A stretch of DNA of 64,000 bases from Malacoraja senta (GCA_038087875.1 JAXLNO010002060.1:62001-126000); one strand, 5' to 3'; positions 1-12,321 are shown, numbered from the stretch's first letter. Translations and numbers: made by a program. Notes: a model not told the origin generated them from the letters alone.

Positions 1-60
1 TCTCCCACCATTGGAGACATCCTCTCCACATCCACATCTATCCAAGCCTTTCACTATTTT

Positions 61-1438
61 TTATTTTAAAAAAATATATTGTTATTAGAAGCATGTGCAT
101 ATCATAATACAAACATTTCTTATATATCAATCCTACTTTGCTAATAGGTGGGAGTCCAGGTATCAAAATAATAGTGGTCCTCCTTTATCAATTGTATATT
201 AAATCTGCTTCTATTTAGGTTTTTTTTTATAGATAGAAAGTGAGAAATTAAAAAAAAAGGCATGAAAAAGAAGAATGGAATAATTTACCAATAATACAAC
301 TTTGGAGATAGGTCCGTAGGTTATAAAGCATAACTATTCATCTAATCCTGAGCTTGGATTTCAGTCAGATTCCTATGCTGAACCAATTTACCCTTTCAAA
401 AAATCAATAAATGGAGACCATATTCTATTAAATAATTCATGTTTTTCAATTAAGACAAGTCTAGTTCTTTCCAAATGTAAGGTCTCCGATATTTCCATAA
501 TCCACATTTTAATTGTGGGGGTTATAGGACCTTTCCAAAATTTTAATATTAATTTTTTCCCAATTATTATACTATAATCAAGAAAGTTTCTTTGGTTTAT
601 TGTAAGTCTTAGGCTTTGTTCTGATATTCCTAATATTATTATGAGTCGGGATCCAATTGGGTATTGACTAATTCAGAAATTATTCTGAAAATGTCCGTCC
701 AGAAATTTTTGATTTTTATACAATTTACAAAGGTATGAGTTAAGTTAGCCTCTAAATGCTGGCATTTATCACAAATAGGAGAGATATGTGGGAAGATTCT
801 ATTTAATTTTGTTTTAGAATAATGTCATCTATGTAATACTTTAAATTGTATTAAGGCATGTCTGGCATTTAATGAGCATTGATGTATATATTGTAGACTT
901 TCGTCCCAAATATCTTTCGTTATGGGTTGGCCTAATTCATTTTCCCATGTGTGTCTATATAAATCCGTCGGCGGGACCTCACTATCTAAGAGGGTATTAT
1001 AAATATGAGATATTAATTTTTCTGTATTAGGATGTTTATTCAAACATTCATCAAGGATTTCTGGTTCCCTAGTTCTGTAATCTTGTGTATTTGATTTAAT
1101 GTAATCTCTAATTTGTAAATATCTAAAAAAGTTATTTGAGTGTGGTCCGTAAATCTGTTGTAACCCCTGAAATTACAGAAAAGTGCCTTTCCTATAAAGA
1201 TGTCCCATCTTTTTAATTCCATAATTTTTCCATTGTGTAAAGCCTTTATCCAACATGGAAGGTTTGAATAAAGGGTTGTTTATAATGGGGAGACAGTGAC
1301 AATTATCCAATTTTAAAGTCTTTTTTAATTGTTTCCAAATTCGTATACCACTATATATTATAGGATTTTCACTATAGGTGTTTTAATGCAATTTTGTGGG
1401 AGCAAACATAATCGAACCAATTTCAAAAGGCAAACAGT
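61..1438 (-). mobile_element. 5'-truncated L1-clade LINE (ORF2 C-terminus + 3' end) inserted in a CR1
   Basis: ORF 825-1043 has the L1 ORF2 C-terminal motif 'ARHALIQFKVLHR'. T-rich tail at ~61-75. 13-bp TSD CTTTCACTATTTT at 48-60 and 1439-1451; CR1 sequence is contiguous across it. Confidence 0.85.
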
Positions 1439-1690
1439 CTTTCACTATTTTGTATGATTCAATGAGGTCCCCCCTTATTCTTCTAAACCCCAGCAAGTAC
1501 AGGCCCACTGCCATCAAATGGTCATCATATGTTAACCCATTCAATCCTGGGATCATTCTTGTACACCTCCTCTGGACCCTCTCCAGAGCCAGCACATCCT
1601 TCCTCAGATATGGTGCCCAAAATTGCTCACAATGCTCCAAATGTGGCTTGACCGGCGCCTTATAGAACCTCAGCATTACATCCCTGTTTG
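1439..1690 (-). mobile_element. CR1 LINE ORF2 fragment (continues at 1-60)
   Basis: 'VKPHLEHCEQFWAPYLRKDVLALERVQRRCTRMIPG' is the CR1 post-RT region. Confidence 0.85.
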
Positions 1691-1779
1691 ACAGGGAGAA
1701 AGTGTAATTGATGTCTTTCATATTAGTTAACCATGGATTTTCTTGACCACAGTTGACAGCCCCTAATGGGATTGCATGT

Positions 1780-2010
1780 CTATCACACGTCTCTATAGAG
1801 CACAGCGTTAAGCTTCGAAGGGCAAAATTTACACGAGATGTGCAGGTCAAGTGTTTTTTTGCACAGAGAGAGCTTGATACCTAGAATGCGCTACCAGGAG
1901 TGGTGGTAGAGGAGGACATGATAATGGTGCTTAAGAAAGTTTTGGACAGGCTCGTGGGTATGCAGGGAATACAAGGATATGGAACACATGCAGGCAGTGG
2001 AGATGAGTTT
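1780..2010 (+). mobile_element. Degenerate CR1 3' fragment
   Basis: Resembles the CR1 ORF2 end/3'UTR seen at 48500-48820. Confidence 0.6.
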
Positions 2011-2014
2011 TGGT

Positions 2015-2301
2015 TTAGTTTAGAGATAGAGTATGGAAACAGGATCTTTGGGCCACTGAGTCTGCACTGACCAGCAATTGCCCATTCACTATTTTTGTCC
2101 TACAAGCTAGGGACAATTTACAGAAGCCAATTAACCTACAAACCTGCACGTCTTTTGTATTTGGGAGGAAACCGGAGCCCCCAGAGAAAACCCACAAGGT
2201 GACAGAGAGAACGTACAAACTCCGTCCAGACAGCACTCTAGTCAGGATCGAACCCGGGTCTCTAATGCTGTAAGACAGCCACTCTATCACTGCGCCACTG
2301 T
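2015..2301 (-). mobile_element. tRNA-head SINE (elasmobranch HE1-like)
   Basis: Minus-strand head 'GTGGCGCAGTGATAGAGTGG...GACCCGGGTTCGATCC' has A/B-box-like motifs; the body is shared with other copies in the window. Confidence 0.75.
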
Positions 2302-2519
2302 TTTGCCTTAGTTTAACTTGGTATCCTGTTCGACATGGACATTGCAGGCTGAAAGTCCTGTTCTTGTACTGTTCTATGTTCTATATATTCTCATTGGACA
2401 TGGCAGAGTTTTCCACTCCTCCAGCCTCCATGTTGAATACTTACTCCCAGTTTAAATCTGATTCAATTAGTCAATCCATTTCTCCCTCCCCTCCTGCCCT
2501 GATCCCCATTCTATATTTT

Positions 2520-2830
2520 GAAATAGTCATTCCCTTTTTCACTCCCTGGTCTGTCTACTATCCCCACAACTTTCCTCTACTTTCCTGTCTTGGTGCATGC
2601 AACATCTATCCATTTACCTCTTCCCTTCCCACTGTCCATAGACCCAGGTAGTTCTTCAAAGTGAAACAGCGTGAAACACTTGCACTTCCAGTCAAATCTA
2701 CTGCATATGGTTTTCATGACGTAATCTTCCACATTGCATCAATGAAACAAATTGAATGGCTGCTTTCTGGAGAACCTGCATTCAATCCATGGGACTTTCT
2801 AAGATTCCTAATTCCTGCCACTTTAATTCT
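2520..2830 (+). mobile_element. Penelope-like element remnant (GIY-YIG linker)
   Basis: Degenerate 'CNIYPFTSSLPTVHRP..FKVKQ..TCTS...YC' resembles the Penelope endonuclease linker. Confidence 0.55.
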
Positions 2831-3005
2831 CCATTCAACACCCACCATGATCCATCCATCTGTACCTCTTACACTAGGATAACAAGGGTGACAGTAACCT
2901 TGAGGACCAACAACTCAGCTTCTGTCAGGACATGTTGCAGCCTTTCACACTCCATTCCACATTCAACGAGTTGTATTCCCTGTCAATAAAAGAACTGGTC
3001 ATTTC

Positions 3006-3490
3006 ATAAGTTCATGTTCATTTATTGTCACATACACCAATTGGTGTAGTAAAATTCACTGGCCAGGTCAGTCATACAATTTTAAAAAGCAACAGACTCA
3101 AAAACACATTTTGACATAAACATCCATCATAGTGACTCCTACACATTCCTCACTGTGATGGAAGGCGAAAATAAAGTTCCAAGTCCTTCCCTTGTTGTTC
3201 TTCCTTGGTCGGGGGCCTCGAGCCCCCCGTTGAATGGACGGTCTTGAGTCCCGTAGCCGGCGGCGTTCGGGCCCTCCGCGTCGAGGTGATCAGCTCCCGC
3301 ATCGGGGGATTGTCAGCTCCCCTGCGCCGGGCGATCGAACCTCGCGTCGGGGCTGGACGAACCTTCTGTGGCATTGGAGCTCCCGACTAGCCTCTCCCGA
3401 GACTGGGAGCCCTTGATGGTAAGTCCGCAGGCAAGGGATCTGCTCCGATTGTAAGTCCACACCCCGTGGTGGGGCTCACGACAGTCCTTT
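3006..3490 (-). mobile_element. GC-rich non-autonomous retroposon with Rex1-like 3' end
   Basis: Minus-strand end TGACAATAAA followed by (TGAAC)n. Hairpins at 3033-3048 and 3123-3162 have counterparts in the 15201-16054 element. Confidence 0.55.
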
Positions 3491-4306
3491 TCAACTGTTA
3501 AGTTGAAGTCAGAAAGAACAGATGCAAGAAGTATGAAGAAGGACACCAAGCTGAAACATTACGTAACCATGTCTTCCAGATGCTGCCTGAGCCACTGAGT
3601 TACACCTGCACGTTTTTGTGTTTTTTAATTACAGTTAAGTTATCCAGCTGCAAAATCAGGACAGCCTGACCTACTTGAGTAGTGCAGTATGTGCTGCATT
3701 TTATATAACTCTGTTTAGTTTCATGCATGCAGAGATCCAGTGAAATGGTTTGGATGGAACAGCAGATGCTGGACACCCCGTCCCTTCTCTCCAGAGATGC
3801 TGCCTGTCCCGCTGAGTTACTCCATCTTTTTGTGTCTATCTGCAGTGAAATGGTTGTTCTGCATTCTCCCCAGTCAAGTCATACTGTACATAAGTACAAT
3901 TCGTCCTCTTCTGGAACAGCACACAGTGATCCACCACATTCCAGGACTATCTTGCAGCTTCCAAGTCTCTGAGAAGTCTGATTTTGCCCTAAGGAAATAC
4001 CCAATTTCACATTTTCTCATGTTAAAGCCCAGTGCCATAACAGCACTGGATTGATGAAGTAGAGGCACGTGCCTCAGTTTAAGTTTTTCTGTTTCAAGAT
4101 TGTGATCAAACCCTCGTCACTGGAACTGTGTCGCAGTGCCACCCATTACGTATCAGTCCCAATTATCTTTCAACATGCTGGAATCACTTGTTTTTTAATC
4201 CTTTTTAGACTTTTTTTCATGAATTGTTCTGCATAAACAGTTATGCTACAACAAAGTTAAGCGCAGCTACCACTTAGTTCCAGAGACGTAACAACACAAG
4301 AGATAG

Positions 4307-4419
4307 TGTTGGAAGAATGATCAAACTCACACATAGTGGTTAGAATCCATAGTCTTTTATTAGTAACTCTGCAGAGGAAACACAAGGTGCTTTCTTCTCA
4401 GCTTGCTTACTACCAGTCT

Positions 4420-4463
<44 letters not shown>

Positions 4464-4512
4464 TCTAATAAGCCTGTGGGCGGAGCCACAGTATGAGTGA
4501 CACTAATCTACA
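4307..4512 (-). mobile_element. Short solo LTR containing a (GA)n microsatellite
   Basis: TG...CA termini; 5-bp TSD GATAG at 4302-4306 and 4513-4517; AATAAA on the minus strand; (GA)n at ~4423-4460. Confidence 0.65.
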
Positions 4513-4552
4513 GATAGGCACAGGGATAAGTTTCGGTTTATTATTGTCACGT

Positions 4553-4842
4553 TTAGTTTCGAGGTACAGCATGAAAATAGGCCTTTTGGCCCACTGAACC
4601 TGTGCTGACTAACGACCACCCAAACATTAGTTCTATCCTACACACTAGGGACAATTTACAGAAGCCCAAAAACTTACAAACCTGCACGTCTTTGAATGTG
4701 ACGGAACTGTAGCACCCGGAGATAACTCACATGGTCACAGGGAGAATGTATGAACTCTATATAGACAGCACCCATTGTCAGGATTGAACTTTGGTCTGTG
4801 GTACTGTAAGGCAGCAACTTTCCCTCTGCGCCACTGTGCTGC
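4553..4842 (-). mobile_element. tRNA-head SINE
   Basis: Same family as 2015-2301. Confidence 0.7.
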
Positions 4843-6147
4843 CCATGTACTGAGGTAGTGTGTAAAGCTTTGTTTTGCATGCTATCCAATTGGATGAGGT
4901 AACAAAATACATATATATGATCATCAAACTCAAGAACTGTAGGTAGAGCAAAGGGGAAGGTACAGAGTGTGGCATGTAGTTCTCAGCAATGTAGCACAGC
5001 AGTTCCATTAGATAAGTGTTTCGACACGAAACGTGACACATTCCTTCTCTCCAGAGATGCTGCCTGACCCGTTGAGTTACTCTAGCATTTTGTGTCTATC
5101 TGCGGTTTAAACCAGCATCTACAGTTCCTCCCTACATAGTTCTATAAACAAAGTCCACTGTCTTTAATGGGGTAGTGGTCAATTGGACAGTACCGTAGCT
5201 TATGGAACGATCATTCAGAAGCCTGATTTTCTCCTCGGTTATCAAGTTTCCGAGTAAGCCATTTGGTCCTCTAACCTGCCCACCATTCAATATGACCATG
5301 GCTGACGTTCCTCAGGCATCAACTCCTGTTCGATGTCAGTTCCTCATTGCACTCAGTTCTCCAATTTAAGTTTAATTAAGTTAACTAACGCCACATTAAA
5401 TGCTTCCAATGATTTTGTCTTCACAAATCTCTGGCGCCAGAGAATGACCACACTCTGCAAAAAGAGATTTTGTAAACAAATGACTGGTCTCTTTTATCTC
5501 TTATTGAAGAGGAGTGAAAATACTGCCAATTTTAAGCTTGTCCCCTCCCCAATTGACCCTCATTTCGTAACTTGTCAATTATTTATTATTGTCAATAATA
5601 TGCCCTAGTGAAAAGATTTGCCGTTGGTATTAGTTTATTATTGTCACATGAACTGTGATATAGTCAAAAGTTTGTCTGTGTGTTATCCAATCAGATCATA
5701 CTACACATGTGCAATCAAGCCATCCACAAGTAGAACAGTGCAAAGAGAAAAATTCTCAGAGTGCAGAATATCGGGTTACAATATCATAGCATTACAGTTA
5801 CAGAGAAAGTGCAGATCAAAAAGAGTTGCAAGGATCACAATGAGATTGGTTGGAAGATCAGGGCAACATCTTATCTTACATGAGAACCATTCAGTAGTCC
5901 AATAACAGTGGGGAAGAAGCTGTTCCTGAATTTAATGGTACGTACTTTCAAACTTTCTTGTGTACTGTCTTAACAGGGAGCGTGCGATCCCTTTTAAACC
6001 ACGTGGTTGGTTGATGGTGACGAAAGAGGCAAAATGGGGCAGATGTGGACAGTAACTTGGTTGTTGTAGTGGACTGAAGAATATTTTGTGGTGGGTGACT
6101 GTGCAAGTTTTACTGAAGATGAAAATAACCATCTTACTGTCTTGTAG

Positions 6148-6414
6148 TTTCCCCTGAGGTCACTCTCGCTGCCCGCCCTGATGATCATTCAGTCCTGTAC
6201 TGCACTGTGTTTGGATTTTACCCACCGGCCATCAATGTCAGCTGGTTGCAGAATGGTCAACATGTCTCTGAGACAAAATCTTCTGGGGTCACACCCAACA
6301 ACGATGGAACATATCATCTAAGGTCTGTCCTTGAGTATGATCCGTATGATGGGAAACAGTATTCCTGTCATGTCGATCACAGCAGCCTGCCCGGTGGGAA
6401 GACCATCATCTGGG
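6148..6414 (+). CDS. MHC class I-like heavy chain, alpha3 (Ig C1) exon
   Basis: Acceptor cttactgtcttgtAG at 6146-6147 and donor GTaaga at 6415; 267 bp, phase 1-1. Encodes xSPEVTLAARPDDHSVLYCTVFGFYPPAINVSWLQNGQHVSETKSSGVTPNNDGTYHLRSVLEYDPYDGKQYSCHVDHSSLPGGKTIIW. Shows C1-set CxxxGFYP, W, YxCxVxHxSL, class I-type PxxDGT and a terminal W. Confidence 0.88.
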
Positions 6415-6719
6415 GTAAGAACGTTAAATATTCTTTCATAGATAATCATTATCTTCTGTTGTTTCCATTTTAATCATCATGAATACATCCCATATTCCAA
6501 GATGCTTAAACTTTCTTTGTTTAGTGGTGTTGCTCTAAGTAATCACGTAATCAGCACCCACTCTCCACATGAGCAGAAGACTTTGTCAACAGAACATTTA
6601 TTAAAAGTAAATAAATAACTAATATATAAGGAAGGAGTATTTGAGATTCTCAGTGGTGGAACTGAAATCTATGAAAGGTATGTTTAAATAAAAAATGAAT
6701 CTTTCCTCATGATGTGATT

Positions 6720-7380
6720 AACAGCAAGGCACTGGGGGAGTACATGCCCCAATCCAAATCAATGGTCCGAAGTGGAAATGATTGAGAGCTTCATGTTCCT
6801 TGGCATGAATTTATCCAATATTCGGTCATGGACTGGCCACATAGCCAAGGAGGCACACCGACACCTCTACTTCCTCAGGAGACTGAGAATATTCATCATG
6901 TCTCTGGTGACTCTAGCAAACATCTATAGATGCTGCTAGAGAAAGCATGTTGTTGGGTTGCATCACATCTTGATTTGGGAACTGCACTGCCCAAGACTGC
7001 AAGAATATACAAAGAGTTAAAGATCATCACACAGACCAGACTTCCCACTATTGATTCAGTCTACACCAGGTTGCCTTCGAAAATGAGACTTATCCCACCC
7101 CGGTCATTCCTCCTTCCTGCTCCCATCAGGCAATAGGTACAGAAAGTTGAAAGTATACACTGCCAGACTCAGGAACACCCCCTTTCCATCTGTTAACAGG
7201 CTTCGGAAGGGTCCTTCCATAATGTAGGTTCAATGCCTGATTCACCTCAACCTCATTGCACATTGTCTATGGAACTGATGCGTTACAATGCTGAGAACTA
7301 TATTCTGTACTCTGTATCCTCCTCTTTGCTCTATCTATTGTTTTTGAGTTTGTATTTATGTATAGTTTTATAATTTGGGT
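6720..7380 (+). mobile_element. Rex1/Babar LINE 3' fragment
   Basis: Degenerate 'ESFMFLG...LSW..H...KEAHRHLYFLRRL...MS...L.N.YRC' is typical of the Rex1 post-RT region. Confidence 0.65.
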
Positions 7381-7910
7381 AGCATACAAAACAAACCTTT
7401 GCTCTGTATTTTGAAACATCTGGCATTAATAAAACAAAACCTAATGAAGTAAGTTCCCTGACGCAAGTTACAGATTCAGCAACAAAAAATATAACTGCCT
7501 GACAAACAGCGATCGTAGTAGTTTGATTCCAAGTATGCTGCACGAACCTACACAAATGTTCACTTTTGAAGATTCCCTCGAACAATGCACAAATAAGGAA
7601 TCTGATGTTTCACTCTGAAGGCTGTTGACATACTCCAGAACTTAATTTTCCACCTATCTATGTATCATCAGCAATCTAGGCTACAGCGCCATCAGTCCCT
7701 TCATCTGCTCTTAATACCAACGATAAGTAGTTCACTTTCTTGCATTGATTCCCAACCTGCAGTTGCAGTTTCCCAACCTGAACACTCCTTTAAGACAACT
7801 CTCTGCTTGCTCTTAATTGTTTTTCCATTCATGCTAATTATTACCCCCAATGTCATAAGCCATGTGCCTTTGCATCACTTGATCAGATATCTTATGAAAA
7901 TCCAGATATT

Positions 7911-7930
7911 CTGGCGACATCTGGTGGTCA
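7911..7930 (-). promoter_or_regulatory. CTCF-like motif in the alpha3-TM intron
   Basis: Minus strand TGACCACCAGATGTCGCCAG versus consensus TGGCCACCAG(G/A)(G/T)GGCGC; E-box TCACGTGA ~45 bp downstream. Confidence 0.45.
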
Positions 7931-9098
7931 GGCCACTTATTGCTAGAACCCTCGTCAGGGGAGCTGGGACTATCACGTGAGTGACAGGGTTTTGGTGGGA
8001 GTTGGTGATGAGTTAATCGCCAGTCAACTGGTGTGCCCGATTACAACGGCAGGAACTTTGCTCAAGTCCTTACTAAACGCGAGTGGGCCAAAACTGTATT
8101 TCTTTAAAAACATTGATTTGTTCATGACGTTTGGATCTCTACAATATATTGTATTTCTTTTGTTTCTCATTTGAATTTTGTTACCTATTCTGCTTTTCCA
8201 TCATTTTGTTTATGAATTTTAGGCTTTTCACACCTGCTGCTCGAATATACATTGTCTACGGGTTCCTGTTGCATTTTCAAAGAATTCTAATCAATTTCTC
8301 AAACAAAGTTTGAAGAAGGGTCCCAAAATGAAACGTCACCTGTCCATGAGTAAGAAGAAACTGCAAATGCTGGTTTACACCGAAGATGGACACAAATTGC
8401 TTGAATAACTCAGCTGGTCAGCCAGCATCTCTGGAGAAAAGGAATAGGTGATGAATCCATGTTCGCCAGAGATGCTGCCTGTTCCCTTGAGTTACTCCAG
8501 CATTTTGTGTCTATCATGTATATTCTTTCCACTGACTGGTTAGCACGTAACAAAAGCTTTTCACTGTACCTCAATACATGTGACAATAAACTAAACTAAA
8601 GCTTTTGTGTAAATCAGTATCTGCATCTCTTTCTTTCTACAATTTTCCTGTTAATGCCCTGATAATGCACTTTATTGTTTTGTTATTACTTAAATGTTCT
8701 GCCATTATTGAAAGGAATCCAGCATTTTCCCCAAAACAAATGTTAGTTTATATAGGGTTAAAGCTTTCTGCTTTCAATTCACCTTCTTTCTTGAATTAAG
8801 TTGTGGCTGTGATGGTGCCATAGATCATAGAGTTGTACAGAACAGATATTGTCCCTTTGCCATGCTGCAGAACTCCGTGATTCAAAACACCATATCATCT
8901 TATATACCTTGAAAAGCGCCAAAGATAGACACAAAATGCTGGAGTAACTCAGCGGTCAGGTAGCATCTCTGGAGAAAAGGAATAGGTGGCATTTCTGGTC
9001 GAGACCCTTCTTCACTCTGAAGTCTTCAGACAGTGCCCATCTATTTAGCTGCACAGCTTAACAATTGATTTGTAAAATTATGCATTCTTATTTTTCAG

Positions 9099-9206
9099 AA
9101 GGAAATAGGAAGAAAGACAGGCACATAGGCCTTATTGCCGTGTGTGTGCTGATATTTCTGGCTATTGTCTTGGCAGTAATTGTTTGGTGGAGAAAAAAGA
9201 GGAGAG
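9099..9206 (+). CDS. MHC class I-like gene, connecting peptide/TM exon
   Basis: Acceptor ttcttatttttcAG at 9097-9098 and donor GTaaga at 9207; 108 bp, phase 1-1, in frame with the alpha3 exon. Encodes EGNRKKDRH-IGLIAVCVLIFLAIVLAVIVWW-RKKRR: a 22-aa hydrophobic span with a basic stop-transfer. Confidence 0.85.
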
Positions 9207-9459
9207 GTAAGATGGAAAAATTGTGATGCACTGTTGCTAGTAAAGGTATTGGGCTTGAAGAAATCATCGATCTCAAGTAGGATAAGGCAGCAGCTACACC
9301 TGAAATGCCTCGACAGTCACCACTGTCAACTAGCCTTTGTGCTGTTGTTAAATGTTTCTGATAATCAGATATTTTAAAATTGTGAATTCAGTGTAAAAAA
9401 ATGTTATACATTATGGATTCACTGCCCCAAATCCTAGAAATATCAATGAGTCATTAAAA

Positions 9460-10135
9460 AGTACAGCATGCAAGCAGTCCTTTTGGCCCACCGTGTCCAT
9501 GCCAACCACCAACCACCTGTTCTCATGAATTCTATCTCATTGCACCTTCTCATCCAGTCACCCACCCACTAGGGGCAATTTACAGTGGCCAATTAAACTA
9601 TAAACCGACACATCTTAGGATGTGTGAGGAAACCGGAGCTCCTGGAGGGATCCAATGCGGTTACACGGAGAACATGCAAACTCCACATAGATGGCACTCA
9701 AGGTCAAAATTGAACCCGGGTCTGTGTCGCTGTGAGGCAGCAGCTCTACGAGTTGTGACACTGTGCTGCTCTGTTGGGGGCTCCCACTGCTCATGATCCA
9801 AGTCAGCTATGAGGCAGATTGGTTGCAGTTTAACGTTTACTAGTTTTGTTTAGTTAAATTTAGAGATACAGTAACGAAACAGGCCCTTCGGCCCATCGAG
9901 TCTGCGCTGACCAGTGATCCCCGCACATTAACACTATCCTATACACACACACCAAGCCAATTAACCTACATACCTGTACGTCTTTGGAGTGTGGGAGGAA
10001 ACCTTAGATCTTGGAGAAAACACACGCGGTCATGGGGAGAACGTACAAACTTTGTACAGACAGCATCAGTAGTCGGGATCGAACCCGGGTCTCCGGTGCT
10101 GCAAGCACTGTAAGGCAGCAACTCTACCGCTGCAC
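9460..10135 (-). mobile_element. Two tRNA-head SINE copies (~9460-9772, ~9840-10135)
   Basis: Same family as 2015-2301. Confidence 0.7.
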
Positions 10136-11053
10136 ACAGTAGCTGCCACCAAGGCCGCTGTTGCTGGAAAACTCAAATTTAAGTGGGAATGTGAGTAGTG
10201 GGAGAAATGGTTCAAGGTGGAAAGCCGAATGAATGAGCAACAACATGACAGGTGGACTACAATGTGAAACAGGACAGCACAGAGCCAGAGACCTGAATTA
10301 AATACCGACATCGGCTGATGTATCTGTAGAGTTTGCATGTTGTTCCTGTGACCATGTGGGTTTCCCCAGGTGCTCTGGTTTCCTCCCACATCCCCAAAAC
10401 ATTGTTTGGTAGGTTAGTTGTCCCCTAGATTGTGCATGATACAATGTGGGGAGAGCTGTTGAGAATGTGGGACAAATGTAGGATTAGTGTACATGAATGG
10501 TTGGTGCAGGTCAGTGGGACAAAGGCCATGTTTGTATGCTGCATATTTCCATGACTCTTTATGATGTAGAAAGATGCTGACTATTTTTGATATATAAGAT
10601 TGGGAAAGACTGTGAGGGACAGTGCTATAGTAACTCAGCAGGTCAGGCAACATCCCTGGAGACCATGGATAGGTGACAATCTGGTTCGAGACTCTTCAGG
10701 CAAATTACAATGGGTATTCCTCCGCTTAAGTCTGATAGTAGTGTACAGATGCACCTCAACCACTGACTTGCTCAACAAGTGCTTAAATTAGTTGAATTAA
10801 AGTACGTTTGGAGTAACATGCAGCAGTCCTTAAAATCTACCATTTCCCAAATCCCAAGAGAGCTGGATGATCAGGGTTTTAGTGTAAATTCAGTCATCTA
10901 TATCACTGATTTCTTGCCTGTGATCACACTGTTGTAAGATATATTCTGGTGATGAATTGCAGTTCACTTTCCTCCTGTGTAAAGGAGTTATTGTGTTGAA
11001 TATAACAAGTGGAAGGGAAAGTCAGTGTAGGATTTAGAGTTTGTACGTAATGC

Positions 11054-11345
11054 AGCATGGTAGTGTAGCTGGTAGAACTGCTGCCTCACAACGCCAGAGA
11101 CCCAGGTTCAATCTGGACCTCGGGTACTGTCTACGTGGAGTTTGCACATTCTCTTGTGACTATGTGGGCTTCCTCAGGGAGCTCCGGTTTCCTCCCATAT
11201 CCCAAAGATGAGCAGGTGTGCAGGTAATCATCCTCGGTAAGTCACCCTGATAGTGTAGGGGTGGATGGGAAATCTATTATGAATGGGTGATTGCTGGTTA
11301 GTATGGATTTGGTGGCACAAATGGCCTGTTTACACACTGTATCAC
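11054..11345 (+). mobile_element. tRNA-head SINE
   Basis: Head 'GCAGCATGGTAGTGTAGCTGGTAGAACTGCTGCCTCACAACGCCAGAGACCCAGGTTCAATC'. Confidence 0.7.
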
Positions 11346-11766
11346 TGTTTTCAAGAGAGAGTTAGATTTAGCTCTTAGGGCTAAGGGATTCAAGGGATAT
11401 GGGGAAACAGCCAGATCGGAGTATTAATTTTGGATGATCAGCCATGATTGTATTGAATTGCGGTGCTGGCTCAAAGGGCTGAATAGCCTATTCCTGCACC
11501 TATTTTTTTATGTTTCTATCTTTCTATTAAATAAACTAAATTGGAAGACAGAAGGTATTGACTGATGCATCTTCACACCAGCTGTAAATGTCATAAACTG
11601 TGAGAATTGATTGCAAATGTTATACAATATTATAAAATAAACTGGGTGATCAAAATGACAAGATGGATGAAGAGCAGAGTTTTCATTGAAATAACAGACG
11701 TGCTGCTTTCTCGAGCACTTGGCCTTGGTTGTGTAATATTTCCTCTTCAAAATACAATGTTCCCAG

Positions 11767-11846
11767 GCACTGCTGGTCTGAGACACCAGTCAGCAAGTAT
11801 ATTTCCTGAAACGGAGGTTCTGCTTTCATGGTATCAAGATGTCTAG
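11767..11846 (+). CDS. Candidate terminal cytoplasmic exon of the class I-like gene
   Basis: AG at 11765-11766 after atttcctcttcaaaatacaatgttccc. A phase-1 join to the TM exon gives GTAGLRHQSASIFPETEVLLSWYQDV-TAG. No transcript evidence. Confidence 0.5.
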
Positions 11847-12321
11847 CTCCAGCACCCAAATCAGAACCTTGCCAAAACTACGAATGCAGCAACAATTTAG
11901 TCATTGAACATCAACGACATGCATATTTGAACTGAGGCAATGGTTAGCTTATTATCACTGTAAACCAGTCGTGGTCATGGGTCTGCCATTGTGGTCACTA
12001 TTAGTGAGGGTGATTAACTATCATTTAGCAGTGAAACGGAAAAGAATTGGCTTTTCAAGCCCACGGAGCCATAGAGTCATACGGCATGGAAATGGGCCCT
12101 TTGCCTCAACTTGGCCATGTCAACCAAGATGCCATGTTTAAACTACAATTTTCCTGCAATTGACCCATATCTCACTGAACCTTTCCTATCTACCTGTGTT
12201 CTAAATGTTTTTTAATACCTGCCTCAACTCCTTCCCCTGGAATGTTCTTCCATATTTCCACTTCCTCTGGTTCCGAGTAACTCGTTTCCTTCTCACCTTA
12301 AACCTAAGTCCTCTGGTTCTT

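Noticed and set aside
1674-1708. Fold-back TCCCTGT-TTG-ACAGGGA at a CR1 breakpoint
   Set aside because: Short stems and no empty-site comparison, so it cannot be distinguished from chance.
2240-2301. tRNA-like sequences at SINE heads
   Set aside because: They are embedded in ~300-bp dispersed repeats and show no complete cloverleaf; these are SINEs, not tRNA genes.
6148-9206. Assignment as MHC class II, W-category or B7-H6/tapasin C1 domain
   Set aside because: Lacks class II beta NGDW and the glycine-patterned TM. The ETxSSGVxPNxDGT segment and terminal W fit chondrichthyan class I alpha3 better (from memory; a phylogeny is needed).
10792-10875. Possible extra cytoplasmic exon (VELKYVW...LDDQ), phase 1-1
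   Set aside because: No polypyrimidine tract and a poor donor (GTTTTA).
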